From: an uncultured Chloroflexia bacterium
Lineage (GTDB): Bacteria > Chloroflexota > Limnocylindria > QHBO01
NCBI GenBank assembly: GCA_963783495.1
Contig: CAWANT010000006.1
Location: forward strand, 199,799 to 263,798
Length of the DNA stretch: 64,000 nt
Reading direction: 5' to 3'
This document shows positions 62,996 through 64,000 of this stretch, piece after piece. Every line of letters begins with the position of its first letter. Within the stretch, counting starts at the first letter, position 1. A model generated the notes under the pieces. The model was not told where the DNA came from. It did no database searches and saw nothing but the letters and a program-made list of their open reading frames with translations. The position numbers and the translations under genes were made by a program.

Positions 62996-64000
62996 GCGAG
63001 ACGATGCAGTTCGACCTGCTGATCCTGGGCGGTGGCATGAGCTACGTGGGCGCCATCCGCGCTGCGCAGCTGGGCCTCAAGGTGGGCCTCATCGAGCGCG
63101 ACAAGCTGGGCGGCACGTGCCTGAACCGCGGCTGCATTCCATCGAAGGCGCTGCTCGAGACGGCCGACCTCTTGCATCGGGTTCACGAGCAGGGCGGCGA
63201 GTTCGGCCTGGCCGGGCACGAGGGCATCAGCCTTGACTACCCTGCCCTCGGCGCGCGCCGCGACGCGGTCGTGGACAAGCACGTCAAGGGCGTCGAGTTC
63301 CTGCTCAAGAAGAATGCTGTGACCGTCATCCGCGGCCACGGCACCCTGACCGGCCCGACCAGCGTCCGCGTCTCCGGCGGCGAGTCGGGTGACGTGGACG
63401 CCAGCGGCACGGATCTCATCCTGGCCACCGGGTCGGCGCCCAAGTCGCTGCCCGGCCTGGACGTCGACGGCCATCGCATCATCACCTCCGACGAGGCGCT
63501 GCAGCGCGCCGAGGTCCCACGGCGCGTGACGATCGTGGGCGCCGGGGCGGTGGGCGTCGAGTGGGCCAGCATGTACCGCGACTTCGGGGCGGAGGTGCAC
63601 CTGGTCGAGTTCCTGGACCGGCTGGTGCCCTTGGAGGACGCCGACGTCAGCAAGGAGCTGGGCCGGGTCTTCCGCAAGCGCGACATCACCGCCCACCTGT
63701 CCTCGACCATCGACACCGAGAGCATCCAGCCGACCGACGACGGGCTGCGCTTCACCGTTGCCGCCCGCGAGGGCGACAAGCGGACCGAGGTGGAGTCCGA
63801 CCTGATCCTGGTGGCGGTCGGGCGACGGCCGCTGACCGAGGACATCGGCCTGGAGGCCATCCCGGGCGTTGAGCTGGACCGCGGCTACGTCAAGGTCGAC
63901 GGCTGGATGCGGACCGGCGCCGAGCACATGTACGCCATTGGCGATATCGTGCCGGGCTTTGCGCTCGCCCACGTGGCGGCGCACGAGTCGGTGGTGGCGG
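62992..64000 (+). CDS. lpdA: dihydrolipoyl dehydrogenase (3' end off-window)
   Basis: Not in the ORF track because no stop lies in the window. My translation from the ATG at 62992 is [55 protein letters not shown]...[17 protein letters not shown]...[27 protein letters not shown] is the redox disulfide. Confidence 0.9.
   Translation, partial: [336 protein letters not shown]

Overview
Very GC-rich bacterial chromosomal segment. The gene content (valS T-box leader, fhaA-fhaB-rodA-pbp cluster, holin-X/DUF3618/DUF3105/DUF4446-type families, SARP regulator) points to an Actinomycetota- or Chloroflexota-like lineage; I cannot place it more precisely. I support about 60 protein genes, two tRNAs (Leu-UAG, Lys-CUU), one tRNA fragment and one T-box leader. 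There are no rRNA genes and no CRISPR array. Most of the window is housekeeping:
- murI, a UvrD-type helicase-nuclease, rarA
- a MoxR/DUF58/transglutaminase triad
- fhaA-fhaB-rodA-PBP2
- valS, clpX, clpP-tig
- an M16 peptidase pair, a sensor kinase, the start of lpdA

Four regions stand out:
1. A roughly 4.8-kb lower-GC island (40.7-45.6 kb) is bounded by an exact 37-nt repeat of the 5' half of tRNA-Lys and carries a tyrosine recombinase. Its interior is a cassette-array-like series of single ORFs separated by five co-oriented hairpin repeats.
2. A tightly overlapped three-cistron unit (34.7-36.5 kb) encodes an unlisted 59-codon acidic DTEGH-repeat peptide, a GAF protein and a cytoplasmic S8 subtilase.
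3. A cyanophycin locus (55.9-62.5 kb) holds cyanophycinase, CphA, a second CphA-like protein that lacks the ATP-grasp domain, and an M20 peptidase.
4. Two paralogous receiver-CpaE/MinD ATPases occur with no pilus genes, one of them embedded among zinc-ribbon proteins.

Major caveat: most genes longer than about 600 bp are broken by +/-1 frameshifts, including essential ones (valS, clpX, rodA, pbp). The cases I traced fall in short G/C-rich runs, which points to uncorrected indel errors rather than biology. Coordinates for such genes span the reconstructed gene, not a single ORF-track fragment. The many long ORFs antisense to real genes are GC-rich shadow frames and were ignored.
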